Assembly: GCA_036351275.1 (NCBI GenBank)
Contig: JAZBOU010000125.1
Location: 1-61,374 of the forward strand
Source: Bacteroidales bacterium
Lineage (GTDB): Bacteria; Bacteroidota; Bacteroidia; Bacteroidales; B18-G4
DNA length: 61,374 bases
Reading direction: 5' to 3'
A model generated the notes under the pieces. That model saw nothing but the letters and a program-made list of their open reading frames with translations. It was not told where the DNA came from and did not search any database. The translations under genes and the position numbers were made by a program. This document shows, one piece after another, positions 1 through 8,916 of the stretch; positions within the stretch are counted from its first letter, which is position 1; each line of letters begins with the position of its first letter.

Positions 1-49
1 AGTATCAAGTATCAAGTATCAAGTATCAAGTATCAAGTATCAAGTATGA
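1..49. repeat. Tandem heptanucleotide array (AGTATCA)x6 plus one degenerate unit (AGTATGA)
   Basis: Direct reading: perfect 7-nt period from position 1. The array may extend left of the window. Confidence 0.95.
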
Positions 50-59
50 TGTATTTTTT

Positions 60-67
60 TACCTTTG
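60..67 (+). promoter_or_regulatory. Bacteroidota -7 promoter box TAccTTTG
   Basis: Matches the TAnnTTTG consensus, 29 nt upstream of the ATG at 97. Confidence 0.45.
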
Positions 68-96
68 CCTTTCTCTAAATAATAATGATGTAAAAC

Positions 97-1299
97 ATGG
101 AAACATTGTCGGAACGTATTAGGATGCTCTCCGAGTCGGAAACCCTGGCAATGACCCGGAAAAGCAGGGAACTGAAAGCAAAGGGTTATGACGTGATCAA
201 TCTCAGTATCGGTGAACCGGATTTTAATACCCCGGAATTCATCAAGGATGCAGCCCATCTGGCCATCGACCAGAATAAGACCCATTATCCGCCAGTTCCG
301 GGTTATCCCGAACTCAGGGAGGCAGTGGTCAGAAAGCTTAAACGTGACAACGGGCTTGATTATACACCTGATCAGATCGTTATCTCAGGTGGTGCAAAAC
401 ATTCAATAGCTAATGCCATGCTGTGCCTTGTGAACAAGGGTGACGAGGTTATTGTGCCTGCACCGTACTGGGTTTCATACAAGGAGATCATCAAGCTGGC
501 AGAGGGGGTTCCTGTAGTGGTGGAGACCAGCATCGACAATGATTTCAAGATCACGCCGGAGCAGCTTGAATCCGCGATCACCCCCAGAAGCAAGGTGCTG
601 ATATACAGCAGCCCGTGCAATCCGACAGGATCCGTATACTCCAGGGAAGAACTGGAAGCGCTTGCCAGGGTCATTGAAAAACATGAAAACATTTATGTGC
701 TTTCTGACGAGATCTATGAATTGATACGCTTTGAAGGAAAGCACGAGAGCATTGCCCAATTTGAATCAATCCGCGACAGGGTGGTCATCATCAACGGGGT
801 GTCAAAGGGATTTGCCATGACCGGTTGGCGGGTAGGTTACCTGGCTGCCCCGCCTGAAATTGCCAAAGCCTGCGATAAACTCCAGGGACAGGTCACCAGT
901 GCGACCTGCTCCATATCGCAATATGCATCAATTGCTGCCATGGAATGTGATCCGGCTGTAAATAAAGATATACAGGAAATGGTGGAGACCTTCGACGAAC
1001 GTCGCCGGCTGGTATTCGGATTACTGGAGCAGATCCCCGGTTTGCGGAACAATATGCCGGAAGGGGCCTTTTATTTCTTCCCGAATGTAAAAGCTTACTT
1101 TGGCAAGAAATTCGGCGATAAAGAGATCAGCAACAGTACTGACCTGTGCATGTACCTGCTGAACCATGCACATGTAGCCCTGGTACCCGGTGACGCTTTC
1201 GGCAACCCTAACTGCATCAGGATCTCCTATGCCACTTCCAGGAAATTATTGATCACTGCCATAGCAAGGATTTCGGAAGCGCTGGGGGAACTGAAATAA
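97..1299 (+). CDS. PLP-dependent class I aminotransferase (aspartate aminotransferase-like)
   Basis: 400-aa ORF. It has LSIGEPDF, SSPCNPTG and the SKGFAMTGWRVGY block carrying the PLP lysine, typical of AspC-type enzymes. Confidence 0.9.
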   Translation: METLSERIRMLSESETLAMTRKSRELKAKGYDVINLSIGEPDFNTPEFIKDAAHLAIDQNKTHYPPVPGYPELREAVVRKLKRDNGLDYTPDQIVISGGAKHSIANAMLCLVNKGDEVIVPAPYWVSYKEIIKLAEGVPVVVETSIDNDFKITPEQLESAITPRSKVLIYSSPCNPTGSVYSREELEALARVIEKHENIYVLSDEIYELIRFEGKHESIAQFESIRDRVVIINGVSKGFAMTGWRVGYLAAPPEIAKACDKLQGQVTSATCSISQYASIAAMECDPAVNKDIQEMVETFDERRRLVFGLLEQIPGLRNNMPEGAFYFFPNVKAYFGKKFGDKEISNSTDLCMYLLNHAHVALVPGDAFGNPNCIRISYATSRKLLITAIARISEALGELK

Positions 1300-1316
1300 G
1301 TGCCGGGTGCCGGGTG
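1300..1316. repeat. Short heptamer repeat (GTGCCGG)x2.4
   Basis: Direct reading. It lies in the 28-nt gap between the aminotransferase stop and the next ATG. Confidence 0.8.
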
Positions 1317-1327
1317 AAGAATGGATT

Positions 1328-2335
1328 ATGACTATGATCGATTATAAAAAACTAATAGAGTCTTTCAAGGACAAACGGGTGATGATCGTGGGTGATGTGA
1401 TGGTCGACTCCTACCTCTGGGGGGTGGTTGACAGGATCTCTCCTGAAGCCCCTGTTCCTGTTGTAGATGTGAATCACAGGGAGGAACGTCTTGGCGGTGC
1501 TGCCAATGTGGCCCTGAATATACAGGCCCTGGGAGTTGAAGCAATACTCTGTTCTGTGGTGGGTAAGGAATTGAAAGGGGATGCTTTCCTGAGGATCATG
1601 GAGGAAGAAGGACTTGCCACTGACGGGATCTACCGCACAAATGACAGGATCACAACTACAAAGTTCAGGATCATCGGTAACAACAGCCAGCTGCTTCGTG
1701 TGGATGAAGAAAACACCCATGACCTGAGCCCGGATGACGAGAAAAAATTCCTTGACATATGTACAGGGCACATCGAGAGCAATAGCATCGATGTACTGAT
1801 CATCCAGGATTACAATAAGGGGATAATGACCCCCGGGGTGATCACTGCAATCATTGAAAAGGCAAACTCCATGAATGTGCCTGTTGTGGTCGATCCCAAG
1901 AAAAAGAACTTTGATCTCTACCGTAATGTAAGCCTCTTCAAGCCAAACCTTAAGGAACTCAAAGAAGGCCTGAAGATCGAATTCAATGAACCGGAGGAGG
2001 ATGTGTTAAACGATACGGTCAGCATTTTAAGGGAAAAGATCAACAATGATATTGCACTCATTACATTGTCGGAGCATGGCATTTATATTTCTTCCCATAA
2101 AGAGGGGAATACTGAAAGTCACCTGCTTCCGGCACACAGGAGGAATATCTCGGATGTTTCCGGTGCCGGTGATACCGTGGTCAGCGTGGCTTCCCTCTGC
2201 CTGGCTGCCGGGGCAAAGCTGAGAACAATAGCGGAGGTGTCGAACCTGGCAGGTGGAATCGTGTGCGAAAAGGTCGGGGTGGTGCCTATCGACCGGGAGC
2301 GCTTTATGGAAGAACTCGACAAGCTTGGGAGTTAA
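1328..2335 (+). CDS. PfkB-family sugar kinase, RfaE/HldE domain-I type (D-glycero-beta-D-manno-heptose-7-phosphate kinase-like)
   Basis: The N-terminal VMIVGDVMVDSYLWG..RISPEAPVPV and C-terminal DVSGAGDT motifs match HldE domain I. No adenylyltransferase domain II is present. The track start 1307 is a GTG inside the repeat, so I prefer the first ATG at 1328. Confidence 0.75.
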   Translation: MTMIDYKKLIESFKDKRVMIVGDVMVDSYLWGVVDRISPEAPVPVVDVNHREERLGGAANVALNIQALGVEAILCSVVGKELKGDAFLRIMEEEGLATDGIYRTNDRITTTKFRIIGNNSQLLRVDEENTHDLSPDDEKKFLDICTGHIESNSIDVLIIQDYNKGIMTPGVITAIIEKANSMNVPVVVDPKKKNFDLYRNVSLFKPNLKELKEGLKIEFNEPEEDVLNDTVSILREKINNDIALITLSEHGIYISSHKEGNTESHLLPAHRRNISDVSGAGDTVVSVASLCLAAGAKLRTIAEVSNLAGGIVCEKVGVVPIDRERFMEELDKLGS

Positions 2336-2347
2336 AGGATTAATCAA

Positions 2348-2355
2348 TATGTTTG
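2348..2355 (+). promoter_or_regulatory. -7 promoter box TAtgTTTG
   Basis: TAnnTTTG match in the intergenic region upstream of the 2426 gene. Confidence 0.4.
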
Positions 2356-2425
2356 CAAAAAAATCCATTCACTGAAATATTCCATGATATCAGCCGTTAA
2401 TTAGAATAATTAATACAGGGATCCA

Positions 2426-3199
2426 TTGAAGTTGATACGTTACATAGGCATTCTTACCTTTTCATTGCTATTGCTGACCTCAGGGCAGGCCAACGCCCAG
2501 AAGAGGGGCGTGATGAACCTGCCGAACTATAACAATTCCCCCTACCACTTTGGATTCATCCTGGCATTGAACCAGATGCATTTCACGATCAAGATGGAAG
2601 ACGGGTTTCAGAATGTAACCTATGATTCCCTGCAATCTCCGGATGTATTTGCCGATTCACTTCACCTGCTCAATGTAACAACTAAACCCACTATGGGATT
2701 TACCGTGGGTATCGTCGGCAACCTGAGACTGGGAAAGTACTTTGATCTCAGGCTGATCCCTTCGCTGGCTTTTGGTGAACGATACCTCGATTATTCGATG
2801 GTGACATATGACGAGGGAAATGTAGCATATGTTGAGATCCGGAAAGCTGTTCCCTCAGCCTTTATCGATGTGCCCCTGCATGTTCGCTTCAGGTCGAAAC
2901 GGGTGCACAATTTCGGAGCCTATGTCCTGGCCGGAGGAAAATATGTACTCGATCTTGCTGCTACCAGAGCCGATAAGAATGAAGAGGATAATGAAACCCT
3001 GGTTAAGCTCCAGAAACATGATATCGCCGCAGAAGTGGGTGTAGGAATCGAATTCTATAACGCCTGGTTCAAGTTCGGGATTGAGCTTAAAATGTCGTAT
3101 GGTATATTCGACATGCTCAGGCGTGAAGATAATATCTACACAGGAGGCATCCAGAGCCTGAACTCCAAAGTCTGGCAACTATCATTCTCATTTGAATAA
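2426..3199 (+). CDS. Outer-membrane beta-barrel protein, PorT/SprT-like (T9SS-associated)
   Basis: It has a signal peptide (LLLLTSGQANAQ), the NLPNYNNSPYHFGFILALN block typical of the PorT family, alternating beta-strand pattern and a C-terminal aromatic residue. The start codon is TTG. Confidence 0.55.
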   Translation: MKLIRYIGILTFSLLLLTSGQANAQKRGVMNLPNYNNSPYHFGFILALNQMHFTIKMEDGFQNVTYDSLQSPDVFADSLHLLNVTTKPTMGFTVGIVGNLRLGKYFDLRLIPSLAFGERYLDYSMVTYDEGNVAYVEIRKAVPSAFIDVPLHVRFRSKRVHNFGAYVLAGGKYVLDLAATRADKNEEDNETLVKLQKHDIAAEVGVGIEFYNAWFKFGIELKMSYGIFDMLRREDNIYTGGIQSLNSKVWQLSFSFE

Positions 3200-3267
3200 A
3201 ATAAGCACCTGCCGGGACAAAAAAAACCGGAACCTTTCGATCCCGGTCGCTTTTTGATCTGTTTTTC

Positions 3268-3774
3268 CTAGTTATCGTAGTCTTTTAGGCCTGCCATAAG
3301 CTTTTTTCGTGTGAAGAAAATTCTGCTCTTGACCGTTCCTATGCTGATATCAAGTTCTTCGGCGATCTCTTTGTATTTGAATCCCTGTGTATGCATTTCA
3401 AAAGGTATCCTGTGCTCATCAGTAAGGTATTCGATCTCCTTCAGGATCTCTTTTTCCGACAACTGCGATTCAGGGGATACTGAAACATGCGCATCAGAAT
3501 TGTTGATATGATACAGATTGTCAGTTGTATCAATTATGGTACGCGCACGCACGTTACGACGGTAATTATTGATAAAGATGTTCTTCATGATGGTAAATAA
3601 CCATGCTTTCAGGTTCGTCGATTCAACAAACTTTTCTCTGAAAGTCAGTGCTTTAAGGAAGGTTTCCTGAAGAAGGTCCTGTGCATCATCATCATTGTTG
3701 GTAAGTTTCCTGGCGAAATACTCCAGGTGCTTCTGCATCCCTGTGAGCTTATAGTTAAATTCAATTGCTGTCAT
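3268..3774 (-). CDS. ECF-type RNA polymerase sigma-70 factor
   Basis: 168 aa. Region 2 is DAQDLLQETFLKAL..WLFTIMKNIFINNYR and region 4 HTH is YKEIAEELDISIGTVKSRIFFTRKKL. Confidence 0.9.
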   Translation of the reverse strand: MTAIEFNYKLTGMQKHLEYFARKLTNNDDDAQDLLQETFLKALTFREKFVESTNLKAWLFTIMKNIFINNYRRNVRARTIIDTTDNLYHINNSDAHVSVSPESQLSEKEILKEIEYLTDEHRIPFEMHTQGFKYKEIAEELDISIGTVKSRIFFTRKKLMAGLKDYDN

Positions 3775-3805
3775 TTTTCCTGGTGTTTGTTTAATTACTT
3801 GTCGG

Positions 3806-3813
3806 CAAAGTTA
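3806..3813 (-). promoter_or_regulatory. -7 promoter box TAacTTTG (minus strand) with an upstream TTG
   Basis: CAAAgtTA on the plus strand, 31 nt upstream of the sigma-factor ATG. A TTGACT element lies 21 nt further upstream on the minus strand. Confidence 0.45.
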
Positions 3814-3978
3814 AACATAAAGGATGATAAAAGTCAAGTTTTTTTGCAATTATTTTAGATTAAATCTAAATAAAAATTATAAAACACTGAAAATCAGATA
3901 CAAAAAATTAGGGTAAAAATGTACCTAAATAGCAATAAATGTAAAAGAAAGGTGTTTTGAGCCTTAAAAAAGGGGATT

Positions 3979-4869
3979 TTATAACTGCTGAAGGATCTTG
4001 TCGCGGAATTCGGTAACGGTGGGGAATTTTACAATATTACGAGGCAATTTCTGGCTGAGTTTGTCAAGCTGGATACCACCTAAATATATAGGCAGGCCAT
4101 TAAAAGATTCGTCCAAACCATAAAGGTATTCCAGCATATCCTCACTTTCCATCGGGGTGGAAAAAGAAGTTACGATCGCATCCGGGTGCACCAGTTCATG
4201 GATAGAGATCACGTCCTTGATCGGCACACCCTGGCCAAGAAAAATGGTCTTATGTCCTTTCTTCCTGATCAGGTAATTATAAACAAGCAAGCCGAGATCG
4301 TGAAGCTCCCACTGGGGCAGCGTCAACAGAAATGTTTTGCTGTTCTCATTTCTTTCAACAGGCAGGGCGTCAATGGCAGCATACAATTTCTGTCTTATCA
4401 GGTTTGATATAAAGTGCTCCTGCACAGGAGTTATGGTGCCGATCTGCCATAAAATGCCAATTTTTTTGAGCAGGGGGTAGACCACGCTGAACATGGTTTC
4501 TTCAAACCCGATCTGGATGATCGAATTGTTAAGGACCTTTTCGAATTTGGCCTCATCAATATCGATCATGGCCACAATGAGATTCTCGATCTGGCCGCTC
4601 TCAGCAGGCGTGCTGACATTGTTCAGCTCAAGGATCTTCTGGCTCAATTCCTTATTACTGAGGGAGGCAATCCTGGAGATCTTTCCTCCATTCTTGATCA
4701 GGACCGAAATATTCAGGAGGCGTTTGAGGTCATCATCGCAATAGAACCTGATGTTGGTATCGGTACGTTCAGGGTTAAGGATATCGTATCGCTTTTCCCA
4801 GATCCTGATCGTGTGGGCTTTGATCCCGGACAATCGTTCTAAGTCTTTTATGGAGTAATGGCTTGTCAA
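3979..4869 (-). CDS. MerR-family regulator with cobalamin-binding domain (CarH/LitR-type putative light sensor)
   Basis: It has an N-terminal MerR HTH (SIKDLERLSGIKAHTIRIWEKRY), a W-x9-EH motif (LWQIGTITPVQEH), and an ExHxxG B12-ligand motif (ELHDLG) followed by S-x-T and GG blocks. Confidence 0.8.
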   Translation of the reverse strand: MTSHYSIKDLERLSGIKAHTIRIWEKRYDILNPERTDTNIRFYCDDDLKRLLNISVLIKNGGKISRIASLSNKELSQKILELNNVSTPAESGQIENLIVAMIDIDEAKFEKVLNNSIIQIGFEETMFSVVYPLLKKIGILWQIGTITPVQEHFISNLIRQKLYAAIDALPVERNENSKTFLLTLPQWELHDLGLLVYNYLIRKKGHKTIFLGQGVPIKDVISIHELVHPDAIVTSFSTPMESEDMLEYLYGLDESFNGLPIYLGGIQLDKLSQKLPRNIVKFPTVTEFRDKILQQL

Positions 4870-4949
4870 GGCTTAAATAATAGTGCCAATATAACAATTG
4901 TTTGTCAGAATTGTTTAATCTTTATGCGTAATTTCGTAGCAAACTTCGT

Positions 4950-5744
4950 ATGGATCCCATTCAGAATGTCGTAATAATCGGTGCAGGGAACGTTGGATGT
5001 CACATTTCCAGGAAATTGCATGCAGCAGGATATACCATCAGCCAGGTGGCCGGATGGAGGGAGGCCAACGTAATGGCCCTGGCCAATGATCTGGGTGCAG
5101 CCTATTGCCTCGGCTTTGAAAAGGTCCTTACTGCTCAGGACCTTTATATAATGGCCCTGCCCGATGAAGCAATGGAAGAGATCCTTCCGCTTTTGCCCCT
5201 GAGCGATGAACTGCTGGTGCATACTTCGGGATCGGTCCCCATGCAAATCCTTGACCCCTACTCTGAAAATATCGGGGTTTTGTATCCGCTGCAAACCTTT
5301 ACCAGGAAAAGGCATATCGATTTAAGCGGGGTTCCGGTCCTGATCGAGGCCAATCGCATCACCAATGAGAACAGGCTCATAGAGCTCGCATCTAAACTCA
5401 GCAATGATGTGCGGGTGATCGACTCAGTGGCAAGGTTGTATATTCATATAGCAGCAGTCTTTGCTTCGAATTTCAGCAACCACATGTATGATATTGCAAG
5501 GCACTTGCTCGAAGAGCATGGCCTCGACTTTGAAATCATGGGACCGCTCATCATGGAAACAGCCACCAAGGCGATCAGGATGGGACCTGATGAAGCACAA
5601 ACGGGACCCGCAAAAAGAAAGGACCTCAGGACCATACAGAAACATCTTGAGCTGTTATCGGACAACACAGCAGCCCGGGAGCTTTACAGACTTATTTCAG
5701 AAAGCATAATTGACAAGACAAATAAAGAAGATGGCGAATTATAA
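4950..5744 (+). CDS. Rossmann-fold NAD(P)-binding protein with DUF2520-like C-terminal domain
   Basis: N-terminal VVIIGAGNVGCHISRKL dinucleotide-binding motif. The length of 264 aa and the layout are typical of this Bacteroidota family. Confidence 0.65.
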   Translation: MDPIQNVVIIGAGNVGCHISRKLHAAGYTISQVAGWREANVMALANDLGAAYCLGFEKVLTAQDLYIMALPDEAMEEILPLLPLSDELLVHTSGSVPMQILDPYSENIGVLYPLQTFTRKRHIDLSGVPVLIEANRITNENRLIELASKLSNDVRVIDSVARLYIHIAAVFASNFSNHMYDIARHLLEEHGLDFEIMGPLIMETATKAIRMGPDEAQTGPAKRKDLRTIQKHLELLSDNTAARELYRLISESIIDKTNKEDGEL

Positions 5745-6252
5745 GGAACTGCTTCAGCATATTACAACATTTGTTTTTGATTACGATGGCGTGCTTACGG
5801 AAGGGATCGTGATGTTGACGGAAGATGGCGAACCCCTGCGTTCCGCCAATGTTCGGGATGGATATGCCCTGCAGCTTGCGGTGAAGAAAGGCTATCGCAT
5901 TGCTGTTATCTCCGGAGGGAATTCCCCTTCCATGTCGAGGCGCTTATCCTCACTGGGCATTACGGATATTTTTCTCGGGGTGCAGCACAAGGTCCGGGTT
6001 TTTGAAAAGTACCTGAAGGATAACAATATCGAACCCACGGAAGTAGTTTACATGGGAGACGATATCCCGGATTTCCATGTTATGAAAATGGTTGCTGTTC
6101 CTGCCTGCCCGGCCGATGCAGCTGAAGAGATCAGGGCCATCTCCAAGTACATATCGCATTATAACGGCGGTAAAGGTTGTGTAAGGGATATCATAGAACA
6201 GGTGCTTAAATTGCAAAACAAATGGATGAATGATGACGCCTTCAAATGGTAA
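5731..6252 (+). CDS. kdsC: HAD-IIIA phosphatase, KdsC family (3-deoxy-D-manno-octulosonate-8-phosphate phosphatase)
   Basis: It has FVFDYDGVLT (DxD nucleophile motif), ISGG and YMGDDIPD motifs. I prefer the ATG at 5731 (MANYKELL) over the track start at 5710. Confidence 0.8.
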   Translation: MANYKELLQHITTFVFDYDGVLTEGIVMLTEDGEPLRSANVRDGYALQLAVKKGYRIAVISGGNSPSMSRRLSSLGITDIFLGVQHKVRVFEKYLKDNNIEPTEVVYMGDDIPDFHVMKMVAVPACPADAAEEIRAISKYISHYNGGKGCVRDIIEQVLKLQNKWMNDDAFKW

Positions 6253-6253
6253 T

Positions 6254-7204
6254 ATGACTGTATTCAGGAAATGGACCGCAATGCTGCGCATCCCCAACCT
6301 GGCGATCATCGTACTTACCCAGTACCTGCTGGGTTATGGTATCATACGGCCATATTTCCTGGAGCAGGGGTCTGACATGCCGCTCGGCCACCTCAATTTC
6401 TTTGTCCTGGTGCTGACCACGCTGCTCATTGCAGCCGGGGGCTATATCATTAACGACCATTTTGATGTGAACACCGACCGCAGGAATAAGCCCGGGAAGA
6501 ATATGCTCGATGGGTTGATCTCAGTTCGCATGGCACTCAGGGTTTACTACATTATAAATGGAATAGCAATCCTTTTGGGATTTTACCTGGCATGGCAAAC
6601 CGGATCCTACCAGCTTGGTCTTATTTTCCCGGCCATTACGGGATTGCTATGGTTTTATTCTTCGCGTTACCAGCGCATGCCTTTCTGGGGGAATTTCATT
6701 GTTTCACTGCTTTCCGCCACAGTGATCCTCTTTCCCTGGCTGTTCAACTTTATGAGTCTGTTGCGGGATGGTGATGAGTTTGTTAAAATAATGGGGCAAC
6801 TGGCAGACATTAACAGCTATATCTGGGCATTCGCTTTTTTTGCATTCCTGGTAAGCATGTTCCGTGAGGTGATCAAAGACATTCAGGATGTAAGCGGTGA
6901 TTCCGCGATGGGATACCGTACCATCCCTGTGATCTGGGGGGTGAACGTTTCAAGAGGCATAGCTGCCGCTTTGGTGGTCATCACCATGGTTTGCCTTGCC
7001 CTGGCACAATGGTACCTGTATGCAAGCGCTAAGATACTTCCGTTCTGGTACCTGCTGGTGGCCGTTCAGACGATACTGATTTACCTCCTGTACCTCATTG
7101 CGATCAAAAAGGATCCCGAAGATTATGGGTTCCTTGGTCAAACCAGTAAGATCATTATGCTGGCAGGCATACTGTCGATCGAACTCATATATATCAGTCA
7201 TTAA
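6254..7204 (+). CDS. UbiA-family aromatic/isoprenoid prenyltransferase (DGGGP-synthase-like membrane protein)
   Basis: It is polytopic, with NDHFDVNTDRRN (NDxxDxxxD) and DIQDVSGD (DxxDxxxD) motifs. I chose the start at the ATG right after the kdsC stop; 6230 is also possible. Confidence 0.8.
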   Translation: MTVFRKWTAMLRIPNLAIIVLTQYLLGYGIIRPYFLEQGSDMPLGHLNFFVLVLTTLLIAAGGYIINDHFDVNTDRRNKPGKNMLDGLISVRMALRVYYIINGIAILLGFYLAWQTGSYQLGLIFPAITGLLWFYSSRYQRMPFWGNFIVSLLSATVILFPWLFNFMSLLRDGDEFVKIMGQLADINSYIWAFAFFAFLVSMFREVIKDIQDVSGDSAMGYRTIPVIWGVNVSRGIAAALVVITMVCLALAQWYLYASAKILPFWYLLVAVQTILIYLLYLIAIKKDPEDYGFLGQTSKIIMLAGILSIELIYISH

Positions 7205-7789
7205 ATGGTATTGAAGAACCTTGATAAATATGATATTGTCCTGGCCTCAGGCTCTCCGCGAAGGCACGCCCTGTTGAAAGACCTTGGGGTTGATTTCAGG
7301 GTGGAACAAAGACCTGTTGAGGAGAACTTCCCGCCGGGGATGGATGAAAATGAGATTGCCGTTTACCTGAGCAAGTTGAAAGCAGACGCATTTGATGCAG
7401 ATTTCTTTGCAGCCAATACCATGCTGATAACTGCCGATACCATCGTTTGCCTGGAGGGTAAATTACTTGGCAAACCCGGGAGCAGGGCGGAGGCGTTTGA
7501 GATGCTTCGCCAGCTTTCGGGGAAAAGGCACCAGGTCATCACCGGTATGTCAATCCGGATAAGCAACAGGGAAGTGAACTTTAGCGTTGGCACGGATGTT
7601 TATTTTAAGGACCTTGAAGAGGAGGAGATCGAATATTATGTCGATACCTTCAGGCCATACGATAAAGCAGGGGCTTACGGAATACAGGAATGGATAGGAT
7701 TTGCAGGGATAGAAAAGATAGATGGATCGTTTTACAATGTGATGGGGCTCCCGCTTCACAGGCTTTATGAAGAGTTGCGTAAGTTTTAG
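7205..7789 (+). CDS. maf: Maf-family nucleoside triphosphate pyrophosphatase
   Basis: It has LASGSPRR, ITADT and GAYGIQ motifs in 194 aa. Confidence 0.9.
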   Translation: MVLKNLDKYDIVLASGSPRRHALLKDLGVDFRVEQRPVEENFPPGMDENEIAVYLSKLKADAFDADFFAANTMLITADTIVCLEGKLLGKPGSRAEAFEMLRQLSGKRHQVITGMSIRISNREVNFSVGTDVYFKDLEEEEIEYYVDTFRPYDKAGAYGIQEWIGFAGIEKIDGSFYNVMGLPLHRLYEELRKF

Positions 7790-7833
7790 TACTTTTAGAT
7801 CACAAATAACGAACACAAATTTCAGAGTATATA

Positions 7834-8604
7834 ATGGCTCGACCGAACATACTGGTAACCAACGACGACGGGTACACAGCTCCCGGGATAAAAAAGCTTA
7901 TATCGCTGATGCAGGAACTGGGCCATGTTACAGTGGTTGCACCGGAAGAGCCCATGTCGGGGACCGGGCATGCCATAACGGTCAGGCATCCCCTGAGGCT
8001 GAGAAAGCACCAGCATGAAAACGGACTGGAATTATGGTCGTGCAGGGGTACTCCGGTTGATTGTGTGAAACTGGGAGAGCAGATCGTTCTGCGTAAGAAA
8101 CCTGATCTCGTTGTTTCCGGCATCAACCATGGCTCAAATGCTTCGGTTAACATTGTGTATTCCGGTACCATGGCAGCAGTGCTGGAGAGCACTATTGGCG
8201 GCATACCCTCGATAGGATTCTCGCTTTGCGACTACAGTCATAACGCTGATTTCAGCCATGTGGACAAATACATAAAAAAGATCTGTGAAGAAGTGCTCAG
8301 GAACGGTTTGCCGGAACGCACCTGCCTTAATGTGAACATCCCTGCCGTGAACGGGGCCGACATTCGGGGTATAAAAGTATGCCACCAGGCCCACGCACGC
8401 TGGGTGGAGGAATATGATGAGCGAAAGGATCCTGCCGACCAGGACTATTACTGGCTTACCGGAAGGTTCGAACTGCTCGACGACAGGCTGGATACGGATG
8501 AAAGAGCATTGCGTGAAAACTACATTTCTGTTGTGCCGGTGCATTATGACCTGACTGCCCGGCATGCATTTGAACACATTAAAAAATTTGATCTGAATGT
8601 TTAA
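7834..8604 (+). CDS. surE: 5'/3'-nucleotidase SurE
   Basis: It has ILVTNDDGYTAPGI, SGINHGSN and YSGTMAAV motifs. Confidence 0.92.
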   Translation: MARPNILVTNDDGYTAPGIKKLISLMQELGHVTVVAPEEPMSGTGHAITVRHPLRLRKHQHENGLELWSCRGTPVDCVKLGEQIVLRKKPDLVVSGINHGSNASVNIVYSGTMAAVLESTIGGIPSIGFSLCDYSHNADFSHVDKYIKKICEEVLRNGLPERTCLNVNIPAVNGADIRGIKVCHQAHARWVEEYDERKDPADQDYYWLTGRFELLDDRLDTDERALRENYISVVPVHYDLTARHAFEHIKKFDLNV

Positions 8605-8869
8605 CAGGAATTCACTCTGGTCGGGAATTGTGATCGGCATCCTGATGCCACTGATTCTTTATGGGTTGATGTACATAGGATTGCTTATCTATAACCATTA
8701 TGCCGGGGCTGAGACCATGATCAACGAAAGCATACTGCAGATCATCGCTCCTGTAGTAAACCTCTTCTTCATTCGGTATTATTTCGTAACAAAGAAATAT
8801 GATGATACAGGAAGGGGAGTTCTGCTCGTTACTTTTGTGTTTGTGATATCGTATTTAGTAATCAATTAA
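8597..8869 (+). CDS. Small integral membrane protein, function unknown
   Basis: 90 aa with three hydrophobic segments. It overlaps the surE stop by 8 nt (ATGTTTAA), which suggests translational coupling. Confidence 0.5.
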   Translation: MFNRNSLWSGIVIGILMPLILYGLMYIGLLIYNHYAGAETMINESILQIIAPVVNLFFIRYYFVTKKYDDTGRGVLLVTFVFVISYLVIN

Positions 8870-8877
8870 CTACTTAA

Positions 8878-8908
8878 TTCTGTATTCTGTATTCTGAATA
8901 CTGAATTC
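8878..8908. repeat. Heptamer array (TTCTGTA)x2 then (TTCTGAA/TACTGAA)
   Basis: Direct reading of a 7-nt period in the gap before lpxB. Confidence 0.8.
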
Positions 8909-8916
8909 CAATAACA

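Noticed and set aside
3212-3255. CCGGGA..TCCCGG / ACCGG..CCGGT pairings after the PorT-like gene as a bidirectional terminator.
   Set aside because: The stems are short (5-6 bp) with a long A-rich loop, so the evidence is ambiguous and I left it unannotated.
8597-8869. Whether the 90-aa ORF between surE and lpxB is spurious.
   Set aside because: I did not reject it as a gene, but confidence is limited. I kept it as a feature because of its three clear hydrophobic helices and the 8-nt coupling overlap with surE. Its function remains unknown.
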